DNA from: a virus
Virus record (IMG/VR): IMGVR_UViG_3300036770_005214
Location: 32,001-96,000 of that record
Length of the DNA stretch: 64,000 bases
Direction: 5' to 3' (one strand)
Within the stretch, counting starts at the first letter, position 1. Each line of letters begins with the position of its first letter. The notes below the pieces were generated by a model, which was not told where the DNA came from, did no database searches, and worked only from the letters and a program-made list of their open reading frames with translations. Position numbers and translations under genes: made by a program. This document shows, in pieces, positions 55,318 through 63,913 of the stretch.

Positions 55318-57294
55318 TCAACGCTTCGACGTCCGACGCTTGGGGGCGGACCGCTTCTTGACCGCGCCGTGCTTCCGACGAGCCGTGCGGAGCGCCGCCT
55401 CCGCCACCACATCGCCAACCGCGGGGAGAGCCGCAGAGGACTTCGCCTTGGTGGTCTTGGCCTTGGTGGTCTTGGCCTTGGTGGTCTTGGCAGGCCGCGC
55501 CTTGATGCTGCGCTCCCCGGGGAGCTTGCGCTTGGGGTTCTCCCGAACCCAGTTGTCCTGCGCAATACTCAAGGGGTAGCCCATCTTAATCTGGGCCGCG
55601 ATGTACTTCTGGTAGCTGGTCCTGCGGGTTCCGGCCTTCGCCTTGGAGGCCTTGGTGCTCTTGCCCTTGGTGCTCTTGCCCTTGGTGGTCTTCTTGATCA
55701 CTTCGGTCTTCGCAGTCTCGCCCTTGTGAGCCCGCCAAGCCGCCGCCGCTTCCTTCATGGACTTGCCAGCCTTACGCTGCGCGGCCACGAACTTGTTGTA
55801 GGCGCTGACCTTGCGGGTTCCAGACTTCGCCTTGGAGGCCTTCGGCTTCGCGGTCTTCGGCTTCGAGGTCTTCGGCTTCGCGGTCTTCTTCACAGTCTTC
55901 TTGGCGGTCGTGCCGGACTGCGCACGCCATGCGGCTGCCGCCTGCGCCATCGTCTTGCCAGCCTTCATCTGGGCCCCGACGAACTTGTTGTAGGCGCTGA
56001 CCCCAGCCCCGGTCGTCAGTTCCGAGAGCCCAGCGGCCATCACAGCTTCATCCCACTCCCTCTTCTCCCTTTCAGTCATAGCGTTGGAACGACGACGACG
56101 AGCACCCGCTCCCAGCCCCCCGCCCACTGGGCGCCCTGGCAGATTGTTGACCCACTCATCGAGATACTTGTTGTAGGCGCTGACCTTGCGGGTTCCCGTC
56201 TTGCGGGTCTTGCGGGTCTTGCGGGTCTTGCGGGCCTTACGGGCCTTGGGCGCCGCCTCCGCGGCGGTGGTGGTCTTGGCCTTGGTGCTCTTCGCCTTCC
56301 GACGTACCGTGACCTTGGTTCCAATCCGCTTCTTCGTGGACTTGGTGCAGACGTAGCGGGTGCCTTCCTTGGTGTAGGTGCAGACCTCCTTCGAGCCCTC
56401 CACCGTCATCACCACCTGGACGCCAGTGCGGCACCAAGCGCGGATGAGGCGCTGGAGACCCTTCTTCTGGGCCGCAGCAGAGCCTTCCAGCGACCCCGTG
56501 ACGGTCTTGGTGCCCCGACGCACGCTCACAGAGCGAACGCCATCCTTTGCGGCTCCGATGTGGATCCGAACCGACGTAATCTTCCTGGCCATAGCTCGCT
56601 CCTTATTGCCTTCTTCGGCGGCGATGTGGGTTGCCCGACGGCTCCCGGCAAGGGTGCTCGACGAGACGATGCGGTCACCCCGCTTGACGTAGGTGTACTG
56701 CCGTCCAGACTCCTCGTCCTCGACAAGGACCTTGGAACCTGGAGTAGCCCACTTTTCGATCAGTTCTTGCATCACAGAACGCTGCGCCCTCGCATCGCCC
56801 ATGAGCGGAGTGTTGCTGTACTTGTCTTTCCCAGTGCTGGGATCGGTGTAAGTGACCTGCACAAAGCGCAGGCGCTTGCCGTCCTCTTTCGTGACGACCA
56901 TGCGGACCAAGTAGACGTGGCCCTCAACGACCTTCCGCTTGGCTTTCTTGGGGCTCTTGCCAGCAGAGTCGGCGCTCTTCATGGACCCTCCGCGCGGGGA
57001 CACCGGGGCGAAACTGCCATCGTCCTGCCGGCCGTAGGTCACGGTCTTTCCAGTCGCCTCGTAGGTGACGATGACCTTATTGCCCTTGTACCTCTGAATC
57101 TGATCTTCAAGGTCCGCTCGCCGTTCGGCCTCCGTATTGCCCCGGATAAAAGTCCCTTGGCCAGAGATCCGCTCTCCCCGTGCGCCCAGTTGTTGAACGC
57201 TCACATTCCGCCGTAGGTTGTGAACGCTCTTGCCCACGGACATCCGAACCAAACTGACCGCGACTGACTTCCGTGCAGGCATCCGATCTCCCAA
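55318..57294 (-). CDS. Very basic DNA-condensing protein: histone H1-like K/A/T repeats plus HMG-box/YABBY-like repeats
   Basis: KTAKPK and KTTKAK repeats; SAYNK[FY] three times (two followed by AAAAWRA) plus TSYQKY. Confidence 0.7.
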   Translation of the reverse strand: MGDRMPARKSVAVSLVRMSVGKSVHNLRRNVSVQQLGARGERISGQGTFIRGNTEAERRADLEDQIQRYKGNKVIVTYEATGKTVTYGRQDDGSFAPVSPRGGSMKSADSAGKSPKKAKRKVVEGHVYLVRMVVTKEDGKRLRFVQVTYTDPSTGKDKYSNTPLMGDARAQRSVMQELIEKWATPGSKVLVEDEESGRQYTYVKRGDRIVSSSTLAGSRRATHIAAEEGNKERAMARKITSVRIHIGAAKDGVRSVSVRRGTKTVTGSLEGSAAAQKKGLQRLIRAWCRTGVQVVMTVEGSKEVCTYTKEGTRYVCTKSTKKRIGTKVTVRRKAKSTKAKTTTAAEAAPKARKARKTRKTRKTRKTGTRKVSAYNKYLDEWVNNLPGRPVGGGLGAGARRRRSNAMTEREKREWDEAVMAAGLSELTTGAGVSAYNKFVGAQMKAGKTMAQAAAAWRAQSGTTAKKTVKKTAKPKTSKPKTAKPKASKAKSGTRKVSAYNKFVAAQRKAGKSMKEAAAAWRAHKGETAKTEVIKKTTKGKSTKGKSTKASKAKAGTRRTSYQKYIAAQIKMGYPLSIAQDNWVRENPKRKLPGERSIKARPAKTTKAKTTKAKTTKAKSSAALPAVGDVVAEAALRTARRKHGAVKKRSAPKRRTSKR

Positions 57295-57333
57295 GGTACC
57301 GCACCGTTGGTATCAGAATGGGCCTTGAAACTG

Positions 57334-57366
57334 CAAACGGTAGCCCCCCATTGAGGAGCTACCGTT
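57334..57366 (-). terminator. Intrinsic terminator-like hairpin
   Basis: Minus strand aacggtagctcctc-aat-ggggggctaccgtt then t-rich; downstream of the 57412 stop. Confidence 0.65.
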
Positions 57367-57411
57367 GTGCGCGGCGCGAATAGGATGTGAGCCAGGAAAC
57401 TAGGCTGTCAG

Positions 57412-58086
57412 CTACTCCTCGTCGTCGTAGTCGCCGTCGTCGTCCAGATAGTCGTTGTCTTGCGGCTCGTCCTCGTCCTCAAACTCGGCATTGTCCTCGG
57501 CTTCTTCCATGAGCGCCGTTTCGACTTGGCGCAACATGGCGCGCACTGCACGACCCATCTGCGCAGGGCGAACGCGGATGGGCTCCAGGTAAGGAACAGC
57601 CTGGACACTGCGCTTTCCGTTGCGCTCGGTCTCCTCAAAACGGAACGGCTGCAAGGCGAGACCTTGCGCATCCAGTTGGAGGTTCAAGCGGATCGCACCG
57701 CCGAACCGGCGCCCCAGAATGGCCGCGAGACGGCGCCCGAAGGCGTCGCCCTGGTCCGCGAACGAGGCAGCGCCCCCGACGTCTTCCTGGGCCGTTTCTG
57801 CCCCACCAGAGGCCACCGGGGGAGCATCGGAGGCGACGGGCTGTTGCTGCGCGGCGAGTTGGGTGAGCAGGCCCCGCGCTTCGGGGTTGGAGAGGAGCAT
57901 CGGCAAGATCTTCTGGATGGGCGACCAGTCGCCACCAGCGATCCGCTGAATGTCATCGGGGCCCAATCCGGCTTGCATGGCAAGCTCCAGAAAGTTCACC
58001 CCACCACTCGACTGCGCTGCGCTCTCCATCGGAGTCTCCTGTGCCTTGCTCGGCTTCGCCGGCTGCTTTCGGGTCATGGGTTCCAT
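57412..58086 (-). CDS. Hypothetical protein with acidic C-terminus
   Basis: Ends EDEDEPQDNDYLDDDGDYDDEE; start 58086 or 58077. Confidence 0.7.
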   Translation of the reverse strand: MEPMTRKQPAKPSKAQETPMESAAQSSGGVNFLELAMQAGLGPDDIQRIAGGDWSPIQKILPMLLSNPEARGLLTQLAAQQQPVASDAPPVASGGAETAQEDVGGAASFADQGDAFGRRLAAILGRRFGGAIRLNLQLDAQGLALQPFRFEETERNGKRSVQAVPYLEPIRVRPAQMGRAVRAMLRQVETALMEEAEDNAEFEDEDEPQDNDYLDDDGDYDDEE

Positions 58087-58087
58087 C

Positions 58088-58408
58088 CTACTCGAAGTTG
58101 TTGCGGAGGCATGGCAGCACCCCAGGCGGGATGACCTGCGCTCCGAAGCCATAGCCGGCCAGTGCATACGTCCGAACGGTCAGGTTGGAACCCTTGACCT
58201 CCGTAACGGTGCTCACCGTGATGCCCCGACGGTCGAAGTGGTGCAGGATGCGCCGGACGTAGCTCTCCGACACACCCAGACGCTCCGCGATCTTCGACGC
58301 GGTGGCGGGCCAGTAGCCCGTGAGCAAGAGCAAGACGATGCGAGCGCCCGTCTCGGCGCCCGATCGACCTCGCTTGGTCTCTTCGCTCAGGTCACGGTCT
58401 TGCGGCAT
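58088..58408 (-). CDS. Winged helix-turn-helix protein
   Basis: PATASKIAERLGVSESYVRRILHHFDRRG. Confidence 0.75.
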   Translation of the reverse strand: MPQDRDLSEETKRGRSGAETGARIVLLLLTGYWPATASKIAERLGVSESYVRRILHHFDRRGITVSTVTEVKGSNLTVRTYALAGYGFGAQVIPPGVLPCLRNNFE

Positions 58409-58457
58409 CCCTTATGGGGTAACGCGCCCCTTCCTGATACGCCACAACCCTTATGGG

Positions 58458-58910
58458 CTACCAGCGCCGGCCATTCCGCTGGGGGATGGGATCGTTGATC
58501 TCCACCGTTTCGCCGTCCGTATCGCGCAGGAGTGCGCCGACCTGCACGCCCCCCGAAGAGGTCGCCCGGCGACTCCGCGAACGCCCCGACTCGGGCGTGA
58601 GCAGCACTTGACCCGTGTCCAACCGCTCCGCCTTCCACCGCCGGCCTCGTTGCACGGCGATGCGGAGACCTTCCACGATCTCCTTCTCTTGCCAATCGTC
58701 CCGCGGAGCCACCGCAGCGATGGGCGTCTCGTACTCGCCGCCTTCCCAGTAGGCAGGGGACCAGCCGCCCGGACGGTCCGTCGTGTAGACGCTCGCCGAG
58801 GCGTTCGCCGCCGAGAAGCCGCCGGGGTTGACCGAGTTCGCGGTGATGTACCCCGCGTGCTCACCGATCCGTGCGAGCATCTGCCCATTCACCCGTCCGA
58901 TGCGCCGCAT
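58458..58910 (-). CDS. Hypothetical protein
   Basis: TGATG-coupled start MRRIG. Confidence 0.65.
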   Translation of the reverse strand: MRRIGRVNGQMLARIGEHAGYITANSVNPGGFSAANASASVYTTDRPGGWSPAYWEGGEYETPIAAVAPRDDWQEKEIVEGLRIAVQRGRRWKAERLDTGQVLLTPESGRSRSRRATSSGGVQVGALLRDTDGETVEINDPIPQRNGRRW

Positions 58911-59218
58911 CACGACTCCCCACGCGCCGGAACCCGCGGCGCTTGCACAGGGTAACCCATGAACGTGGTAGGAGGCTTGCCCTCCGTCCACCGCTCTACC
59001 ACGAGTGTCAGCTTGCCCTGCGAAAGTCCCGTGCGGACCTTGGCACGCTTCCCTCCCAACCCTTCCAGCCTTCGCGCCGCGATGCGAGGACGACGCCGCC
59101 CCGCCCGGTCCGCGATGCGCTTCCGCCGTGCGTCCCGAGCTTCGGTGACGTTACGGCTGAAGTCGAAAGCCGTGTTGATGCTCGTGAGCACCAGCACGAT
59201 GTTGGTGAGGAAGCCCAC
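58910..59218 (-). CDS. Small basic protein with hydrophobic N-terminus
   Basis: GGGGAG RBS; in operon. Confidence 0.6.
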   Translation of the reverse strand: MGFLTNIVLVLTSINTAFDFSRNVTEARDARRKRIADRAGRRRPRIAARRLEGLGGKRAKVRTGLSQGKLTLVVERWTEGKPPTTFMGYPVQAPRVPARGES

Positions 59219-59221
59219 GCG

Positions 59222-59500
59222 TCACTCCCCCGCGTCGCCGCGAGAGGGCCAATCCAACAGGTTGTAGTTTTGGTACAACTTGTCGATGTCCACGCCGACG
59301 TCCGCCAGCTTCTCTTCCTTCCGCCGGAGCTTCGCGACTTCGCGCTCAATCCGAATGTGCTGCTTGAGGACGTCCTGGGTCCGCCGCCGAATCTTGTTGA
59401 CCTCGCGGACCTCCGCCGGATCCCAGAAAGCGCCCACCGCGTTGTGTTGCCACATGCCTAACTCCTCTAGTTGTTTGTACTTTTCTTGGAAGTCGTACAC
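59222..59500 (-). CDS. Small coiled-coil protein
   Basis: Coupled start; alternative ATG 59455 after GAGGAG. Confidence 0.6.
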   Translation of the reverse strand: MYDFQEKYKQLEELGMWQHNAVGAFWDPAEVREVNKIRRRTQDVLKQHIRIEREVAKLRRKEEKLADVGVDIDKLYQNYNLLDWPSRGDAGE

Positions 59501-60435
59501 TACACATCCGCGAAGATGACCACCGAACCGCCGTCCGTTGGCTCCACTTGCAAAGCACCGCGAGCCTTCGTGTTGATGCCGTACTTCAGCGCCTTGGCAA
59601 GGGCCAGATTGTTAATCATCGTCGCCTTGTCGGGAGCATGGGTCACCGTGACCGCCGAGCCGTCAAAGCGGTTGTTGTCGACGATGACCGTGCTCTCCCG
59701 AGGTTCCGAGACGGGGTAGCCGTTTTCCGCCAGAATGGTGCTGAACTCGGTCACCGCATCGGCCACCGCCCCGACGTAGCCCGTCCCAGGGGTAGCCGGC
59801 GTGGTCACATAGCGGTTGATCAGGAAGCCCACGAGCGCCCCGATCCCAGTCGCCACCCCGCGGTTCTTGCGGGCCACCGCATAACCAACCCCAGCCCCCA
59901 CGAGCGAGTACAAGAGCGGGCCTGCTTCAGTCCCGAACCCCGCCGCCGCCGCGTCCTTCTTCTTGAACTTCTCCCGCACCGAGGTCACCGCCTTGGCGGT
60001 CCCTTGCTTCACGCTAGAGGCTGCTTTCGCAGTCCCTTGCTTCACACTGTAGGCCACCTTGTCAGCTACCTCGCCAGACTTGCGGAAGAACAGGCGACCG
60101 CCGACAGCGTGCAGGCGCCCATAGGGTCCGGGCACCTTGTCGGCGCGCAAGAGCGCGGCCGTAGTCTCGTTCACCTTGTCGGACAAGTGCTGAAGCTCTT
60201 TGTAGAAGGGAGTACGGCTTTGCTTCCCATTCGGGTCTTTCTTCAGAACGTAGGCGGAGAAGAACGCGTTTAGTTTCGAGACGGCTCTTTCGATCTCCTG
60301 GAGATTCCCGGAGCCCATGCCGTACTCGTACATGGAAGTCTGCAAACCCACCAGCGGAGACGGATCAGCGTCGTAAGCGGTATTGTAGAAGTCCTCGACA
60401 GCGCCCACCGAGCTAATCATCCCGATGCGTTGCAT
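59500..60435 (-). CDS. Glycine-zipper membrane protein (paralog of 60462-61037, with extra C-terminal domain)
   Basis: LLYSLVGAGVGYAVARKNRGVATGIGALVGFL. Confidence 0.75.
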   Translation of the reverse strand: MQRIGMISSVGAVEDFYNTAYDADPSPLVGLQTSMYEYGMGSGNLQEIERAVSKLNAFFSAYVLKKDPNGKQSRTPFYKELQHLSDKVNETTAALLRADKVPGPYGRLHAVGGRLFFRKSGEVADKVAYSVKQGTAKAASSVKQGTAKAVTSVREKFKKKDAAAAGFGTEAGPLLYSLVGAGVGYAVARKNRGVATGIGALVGFLINRYVTTPATPGTGYVGAVADAVTEFSTILAENGYPVSEPRESTVIVDNNRFDGSAVTVTHAPDKATMINNLALAKALKYGINTKARGALQVEPTDGGSVVIFADV

Positions 60436-60461
60436 GTGCGTCTCTCCAGGTCAGTAAGGGA

Positions 60462-61037
60462 CTATTGCCGTAGGGCTTGGTTGGCCAGGAAGCCCACGAG
60501 CGCCCCAACACCAGCGGCCATTCCGCGGTTCTTGCGGGCCACCGCGTAGCCGACACCCGCTCCCATGAGCGAGTACAACAGCGGCGCCGAGTCAGACCCG
60601 AACCCAGCGGACTCGGCCCCCTTCCCAGCGCGGGGCTGGACCCCTGGACCCAGAGAGACCCGCGCTCCAGGATCCCGGAAGGACAGACGACCGTTGGTAA
60701 CGGTAAGACGCCCATGTGGGCCGGGCACCCCGTCGCGTCGCAGATCGAACGCCACGAGTTGATTCACTGCGGCAGCGTATTCTTCAAGCTCTTTATAGAA
60801 CAAGTCACGAGGCTTGCCCGAGGCCTCTTTCTCTGAAACGTAGTCAGAAAAATAATCGTTCACTTTCTTGATCTCAAACTGAACATCCCCGATGCCCCTT
60901 TCGCCTCGGTACATCATAAGAATGGTCTGCTTCAAGGAATCGTAGGCTCTTCCCCCAGGACCGGGGGAGATAGCGTTCTCCCAAGCGTACAATCCCCTGG
61001 CCTCGCTCACTGACCCAATCATTCCGATGCGTTGCAT
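60462..61037 (-). CDS. Glycine-zipper membrane protein
   Basis: LLYSLMGAGVGYAVARKNRGMAAGVGALVGFL. Confidence 0.75.
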   Translation of the reverse strand: MQRIGMIGSVSEARGLYAWENAISPGPGGRAYDSLKQTILMMYRGERGIGDVQFEIKKVNDYFSDYVSEKEASGKPRDLFYKELEEYAAAVNQLVAFDLRRDGVPGPHGRLTVTNGRLSFRDPGARVSLGPGVQPRAGKGAESAGFGSDSAPLLYSLMGAGVGYAVARKNRGMAAGVGALVGFLANQALRQ

Positions 61038-61052
61038 GTGCAGATCTCCGAG

Positions 61053-61370
61053 TCAGTAGCAGGAGCTACTGCCGTAGGGTTGTGGCCCACAATGTAGCGC
61101 ATCGTAGACAAGGGATTCCATGCGACGGCGGCCCGGTCCGCCCATCCCGCCGAGGTCAGCGTGGAGGAGGTAACCGTCCTCGTCGAAGGTGAAACGCTCC
61201 GGGAAGCGATCTTCCAAGAGCGAGGCCAGTTGGATGCGGCGAGCACCCAAGCGGAGGATACGCGCACGGTACGGCCCGAGGTTGCGCCCCACCGCTCGCG
61301 CACGCTGGTACTTCGACGATGCGACGTCGAGGCTGCGCAGCACCAGCATGTAGCGGTTGAACAGGGCCAT
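61053..61370 (-). CDS. Hypothetical protein
   Basis: ATG 61370, in operon. Confidence 0.55.
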   Translation of the reverse strand: MALFNRYMLVLRSLDVASSKYQRARAVGRNLGPYRARILRLGARRIQLASLLEDRFPERFTFDEDGYLLHADLGGMGGPGRRRMESLVYDALHCGPQPYGSSSCY

Positions 61371-61399
61371 CTGCTCTCGTTCCGTTTGCACGCGAACCC

Positions 61400-62296
61400 C
61401 TAGATAGAGCGGCCGGCGGCACGCCGACGTCGTGACTGGTCCATGTACCAACGGGGCACCGGCATCCCGAGCACCGCTGACGGGTCGTCGTAGACCACGC
61501 TTCCATCCGGCTGACGGATCTTCGTCACCGCATGGAACAGCCGCACGCCCGAGCCGCCGCCCATCCCGGAAGCGGGGCCCTCAATCAAGCGGCAGTACAC
61601 GCTGGCGTCGTGGCCAGCGTTGATCAGTTCGCCCGCACGGTAGGCGGCGAGGCCTTCGCAGTCGTCATGCCCGCGGCGAGCGATCTCTTCGGCATCCCAC
61701 CACAACTCGGGCGACCCCTCGGTCTGATACCGGATGCTCCCCGAGTACAACCGGGGGAGACCCTTCGCCTCGATCTGCTTCGCGTTGTGACGTGCGATGG
61801 CGTTGTTGATGTCGACCACCGGAGACGCCGTGGAGTCGTCGATGGTCAGCATCATGTACTCGTTGGTCCGGCCCCGGTCGCCCGGCACCCGAACCCGCTC
61901 GCCCCCCGCGAACCCCATCACGGCGCCCGAGCCCGAGACGTACACGGGGCGACCGCTCTCGAAGCCGATGCGGGCCGCCGAGTCCTCGCCATAGATGCGT
62001 TCTTCGGCAGTCCGCCACGCCGCCAGCGTGCCCGCGGTCACACAGCCATCCTTGGAGGCCGTCACCGCGTCCCGCCACACGCCGTCGGTGCAGTTCACAC
62101 GGCTCGGCGCACGGGGCACACGCCCCGCCCGGATCGAGCGCATGTTCCGCTGGACAAGGCCTTCCATGACGTCCGCGAGCGCCTGCTGACCACCATGCAC
62201 GTTCAGCACGACCCGCATCCCGTCCTGCCGTGGGGGCAGTGGATGGGGGTCACGCTTCAGGATGGAGCCAGTCAGGCCGATCGCGATCTCGTTCAC
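61400..62296 (-). CDS. Transglutaminase-like (papain-fold) Cys enzyme with tandem domains
   Basis: DDCEGLAAYRAGEL...FHAV...YDDPS (Cys-His-Asp). Confidence 0.7.
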   Translation of the reverse strand: MNEIAIGLTGSILKRDPHPLPPRQDGMRVVLNVHGGQQALADVMEGLVQRNMRSIRAGRVPRAPSRVNCTDGVWRDAVTASKDGCVTAGTLAAWRTAEERIYGEDSAARIGFESGRPVYVSGSGAVMGFAGGERVRVPGDRGRTNEYMMLTIDDSTASPVVDINNAIARHNAKQIEAKGLPRLYSGSIRYQTEGSPELWWDAEEIARRGHDDCEGLAAYRAGELINAGHDASVYCRLIEGPASGMGGGSGVRLFHAVTKIRQPDGSVVYDDPSAVLGMPVPRWYMDQSRRRRAAGRSI

Positions 62297-62320
62297 GGAA
62301 ACCCCCGCCCGGATGGGCTG

Positions 62321-62647
62321 TCAGTAGTGACGGCGGTGGTGGAGACGACCGACGTACATGCCCTCAGCGGCGGCGGGAGCAGCCTCCTCCGCGTTTGCTT
62401 TCGCTTCCGCGATGAGCCGGTCAGATTCCAAACGCTCCTCGGACTTCCGACGGCCCAGGACCGGGACCCCTGCTGCGGGCTTGCCCATGATCATGGGGAG
62501 GACGGTCTTGCCGGCCACAGCACCGATGACGCCGTACAGGGCGGCGCGGGGCAGGGTGCCCTTGCCCGAGCCCTTCATCGCGTAGCTGGCACCGACACCG
62601 ATGGCGGCGCCGATCAAGAGGTTCCGGTCTTTGAGCATATCCAACAT
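62321..62647 (-). CDS. Glycine-zipper membrane protein
   Basis: LLIGAAIGVGASY-MKGSGKG-ALYGVIGAVAG; AGGAG RBS. Confidence 0.75.
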   Translation of the reverse strand: MLDMLKDRNLLIGAAIGVGASYAMKGSGKGTLPRAALYGVIGAVAGKTVLPMIMGKPAAGVPVLGRRKSEERLESDRLIAEAKANAEEAAPAAAEGMYVGRLHHRRHY

Positions 62648-62684
62648 GGTCTTCTCCTAAGGGGCGGAAGGGGGTGAGAGGGGA

Positions 62685-63452
62685 CTAGAAGTAGATCTGA
62701 CCGATGTAGTGGAAGCCTTCGGCTTCGGCCTCATCGCCTTCCGCAACCAACTCGTCGATTGCTGCTTGCCGACGGTCGGCGGCCATCTGAGCGAGGATGT
62801 CATCGTCGTCTTCATCGCCTTCCGCGATCAGGTCAGCGGTTCGCCGCTCTGCGAGTTGGCGCTGAGCTTCCGCTGCATCCTCTGCTGCTTTACGGGCGGC
62901 TCGCTGGGCGTTTTGGGTCTCCCGACTACCCCGTTCCTCCGCTTCACGGGCGGCCTCCAACTCTGCCGCAGCTTTGCGCTGCAACTCCTCCGCAGCCCTG
63001 AGGGCGTCTGCTGCTTTCCTCGCCTCACGAGCGGCCCGGTCGGCATCTCGTTGGGCCTCCGCAGCTTCCAGGTTCAACGCTTGGCGCGCTTGCAGTTCTT
63101 CAGCCTTGGTCAAAGCACGATTCGCACCTGCCCTGCGGATGGCCGTCACGGGGGACATCGCGGCCTTTTTGGCAGCGACCGCAGCCTTGTTCACCGCGAT
63201 CGTGCGACGACGAGCGGCCTCTAGCTTGGCCTGCTTGGCGTTCTGCTCGGCGAGCGCCAACTGCTCCTGGGGCGACAGAGGGCGCTGGGGCAGGAGCATC
63301 CGGCCGGCAGCCGCCCCGATGGCGCCGAACACCGCAGCGCGGACGAGGGATCCCTTTGCAGGTCCGCCGACTGCGTAGCTGGCGACAACACCCAACGCGA
63401 GACCCGTCAGGGTGCTTGGGTTGGTCAGTCCGAGGGATTCGAGGGTGGCCAT
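62685..63452 (-). CDS. Glycine-zipper membrane protein with long Ala-rich coiled coil
   Basis: GLALGVVASY-GGPAKGS-AVFGAIGAAAG. Confidence 0.75.
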   Translation of the reverse strand: MATLESLGLTNPSTLTGLALGVVASYAVGGPAKGSLVRAAVFGAIGAAAGRMLLPQRPLSPQEQLALAEQNAKQAKLEAARRRTIAVNKAAVAAKKAAMSPVTAIRRAGANRALTKAEELQARQALNLEAAEAQRDADRAAREARKAADALRAAEELQRKAAAELEAAREAEERGSRETQNAQRAARKAAEDAAEAQRQLAERRTADLIAEGDEDDDDILAQMAADRRQAAIDELVAEGDEAEAEGFHYIGQIYF

Positions 63453-63466
63453 GATGGTTCCTGCGG

Positions 63467-63913
63467 CTAGTAGGAGGTCTGGTTCAACACGCGAGCGGCC
63501 TGCGCACGGTGCTGGGGACGGATGTAGGACGCGAACTTGGTGGCCGTGGCGGCGACGACCGCGGCGTCATCGGCGGGGCCGGGGACGTCCACGGGGTTGA
63601 CGATGTAGAGCAGGGCGCCCGCGATCGACAGCTTCGCAGCCATGGGGGTCTCGGGGTCAAGCATGACGTAGTACAGCGCGACCACTTCGTTCGAGAAGGG
63701 GACGTGACCCGCGATGGCGAGAAGCCGGGGAAGGACCCGCTGCGCCTTGCCGAGATCTTTCGTCGAGGCCGCTGGGACGGACAGACGGTCGAGCGAGGAC
63801 GAGCCCCACGACGCCACCGACAGCCGCTCGGGCAGCCCGTAGAAGCCCCCAGACGCCCGCTTGCCGCGGGAGCCTACCGAGAGCCGTTCCGGGAGCCCGT
63901 AGAAGGTCGCCAT
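63467..63913 (-). CDS. YkvA/DUF1232-family membrane protein
   Basis: LYYVMLDPETPMAAKLSIAGALLYIVNPVD.PG..DDAAVV. Confidence 0.8.
   Translation of the reverse strand: MATFYGLPERLSVGSRGKRASGGFYGLPERLSVASWGSSSLDRLSVPAASTKDLGKAQRVLPRLLAIAGHVPFSNEVVALYYVMLDPETPMAAKLSIAGALLYIVNPVDVPGPADDAAVVAATATKFASYIRPQHRAQAARVLNQTSY

Noticed and set aside
53740-57216. 1158-aa + strand ORF
   Set aside because: Antisense to two low-complexity minus-strand genes; its LGGLG repeats mirror the KTTKA codons
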